This document shows positions 63,867 to 64,000 of a DNA stretch of 64,000 bases, in pieces. The stretch is from the human T2T-CHM13v2.0 reference genome, Homo sapiens. Each line of letters begins with the position of its first letter. Positions within the stretch are counted from its first letter, which is position 1. A program made the translations under genes and the position numbers. The stretch lies in assembly GCF_009914755.1 (NCBI RefSeq), contig NC_060932.1; one strand, written 5' to 3'. The notes below the pieces were generated by a model, which was given only the letters and a program-made list of their open reading frames with translations, searched no databases and was not told the DNA's origin.

Positions 63867-64000
63867 CTTTTTTTTTTTTTTTGAGATGGAGTCTCACTCT
63901 GTTGCCCAGGCTGGAGTGCACTGGTGTGATCTTGGTTCACTGCAACCTCTGCCTCCCGGATTCAAGCAATTCTCCTGCCTCAGCCTCCTAAGTAGCTGGG
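63867..64000 (-). mobile_element. Alu (cut by window end)
   Basis: Poly-T then GAGATGGAGTCTCACTCTGTTGCCCAGGCTGGAGTGCA. Confidence 0.95.

Overview
GC-rich human/primate genomic DNA, recognisable as the ARC locus (human 8q24.3, assigned from knowledge of the gene, not from an alignment). The only intact protein-coding gene is ARC (minus strand, CDS 40625-41815, 396 aa). It is a domesticated Ty3/gypsy Gag that forms virus-like RNA-carrying capsids in neurons, so the headline system here is striking but already described. The sequence shows its CpG-island promoter, a perfect CArG box about 1.06 kb upstream, the SARE enhancer (CRE half-site/MEF2/SRF/Ets) about 7.65 kb upstream, two 3'UTR introns and the polyA signal. 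The first 5.5 kb holds decayed minus-strand exons of a maestro/HEAT-repeat gene (probably MROH4P). The rest is intergenic: Alu, L1, MaLR/ERV LTR and MIR relics plus many tandem repeats, which together with high GC explain almost all other ORFs in the track. The best candidates for something less familiar, all hypotheses: a 156-codon open frame directly behind the ARC UAG, a stop-free in-frame 5' leader with a GUG, an 88%-identical inverted duplication between the promoter and SARE, and a 52-bp VNTR with CRE-like motifs just past the ARC polyA site.
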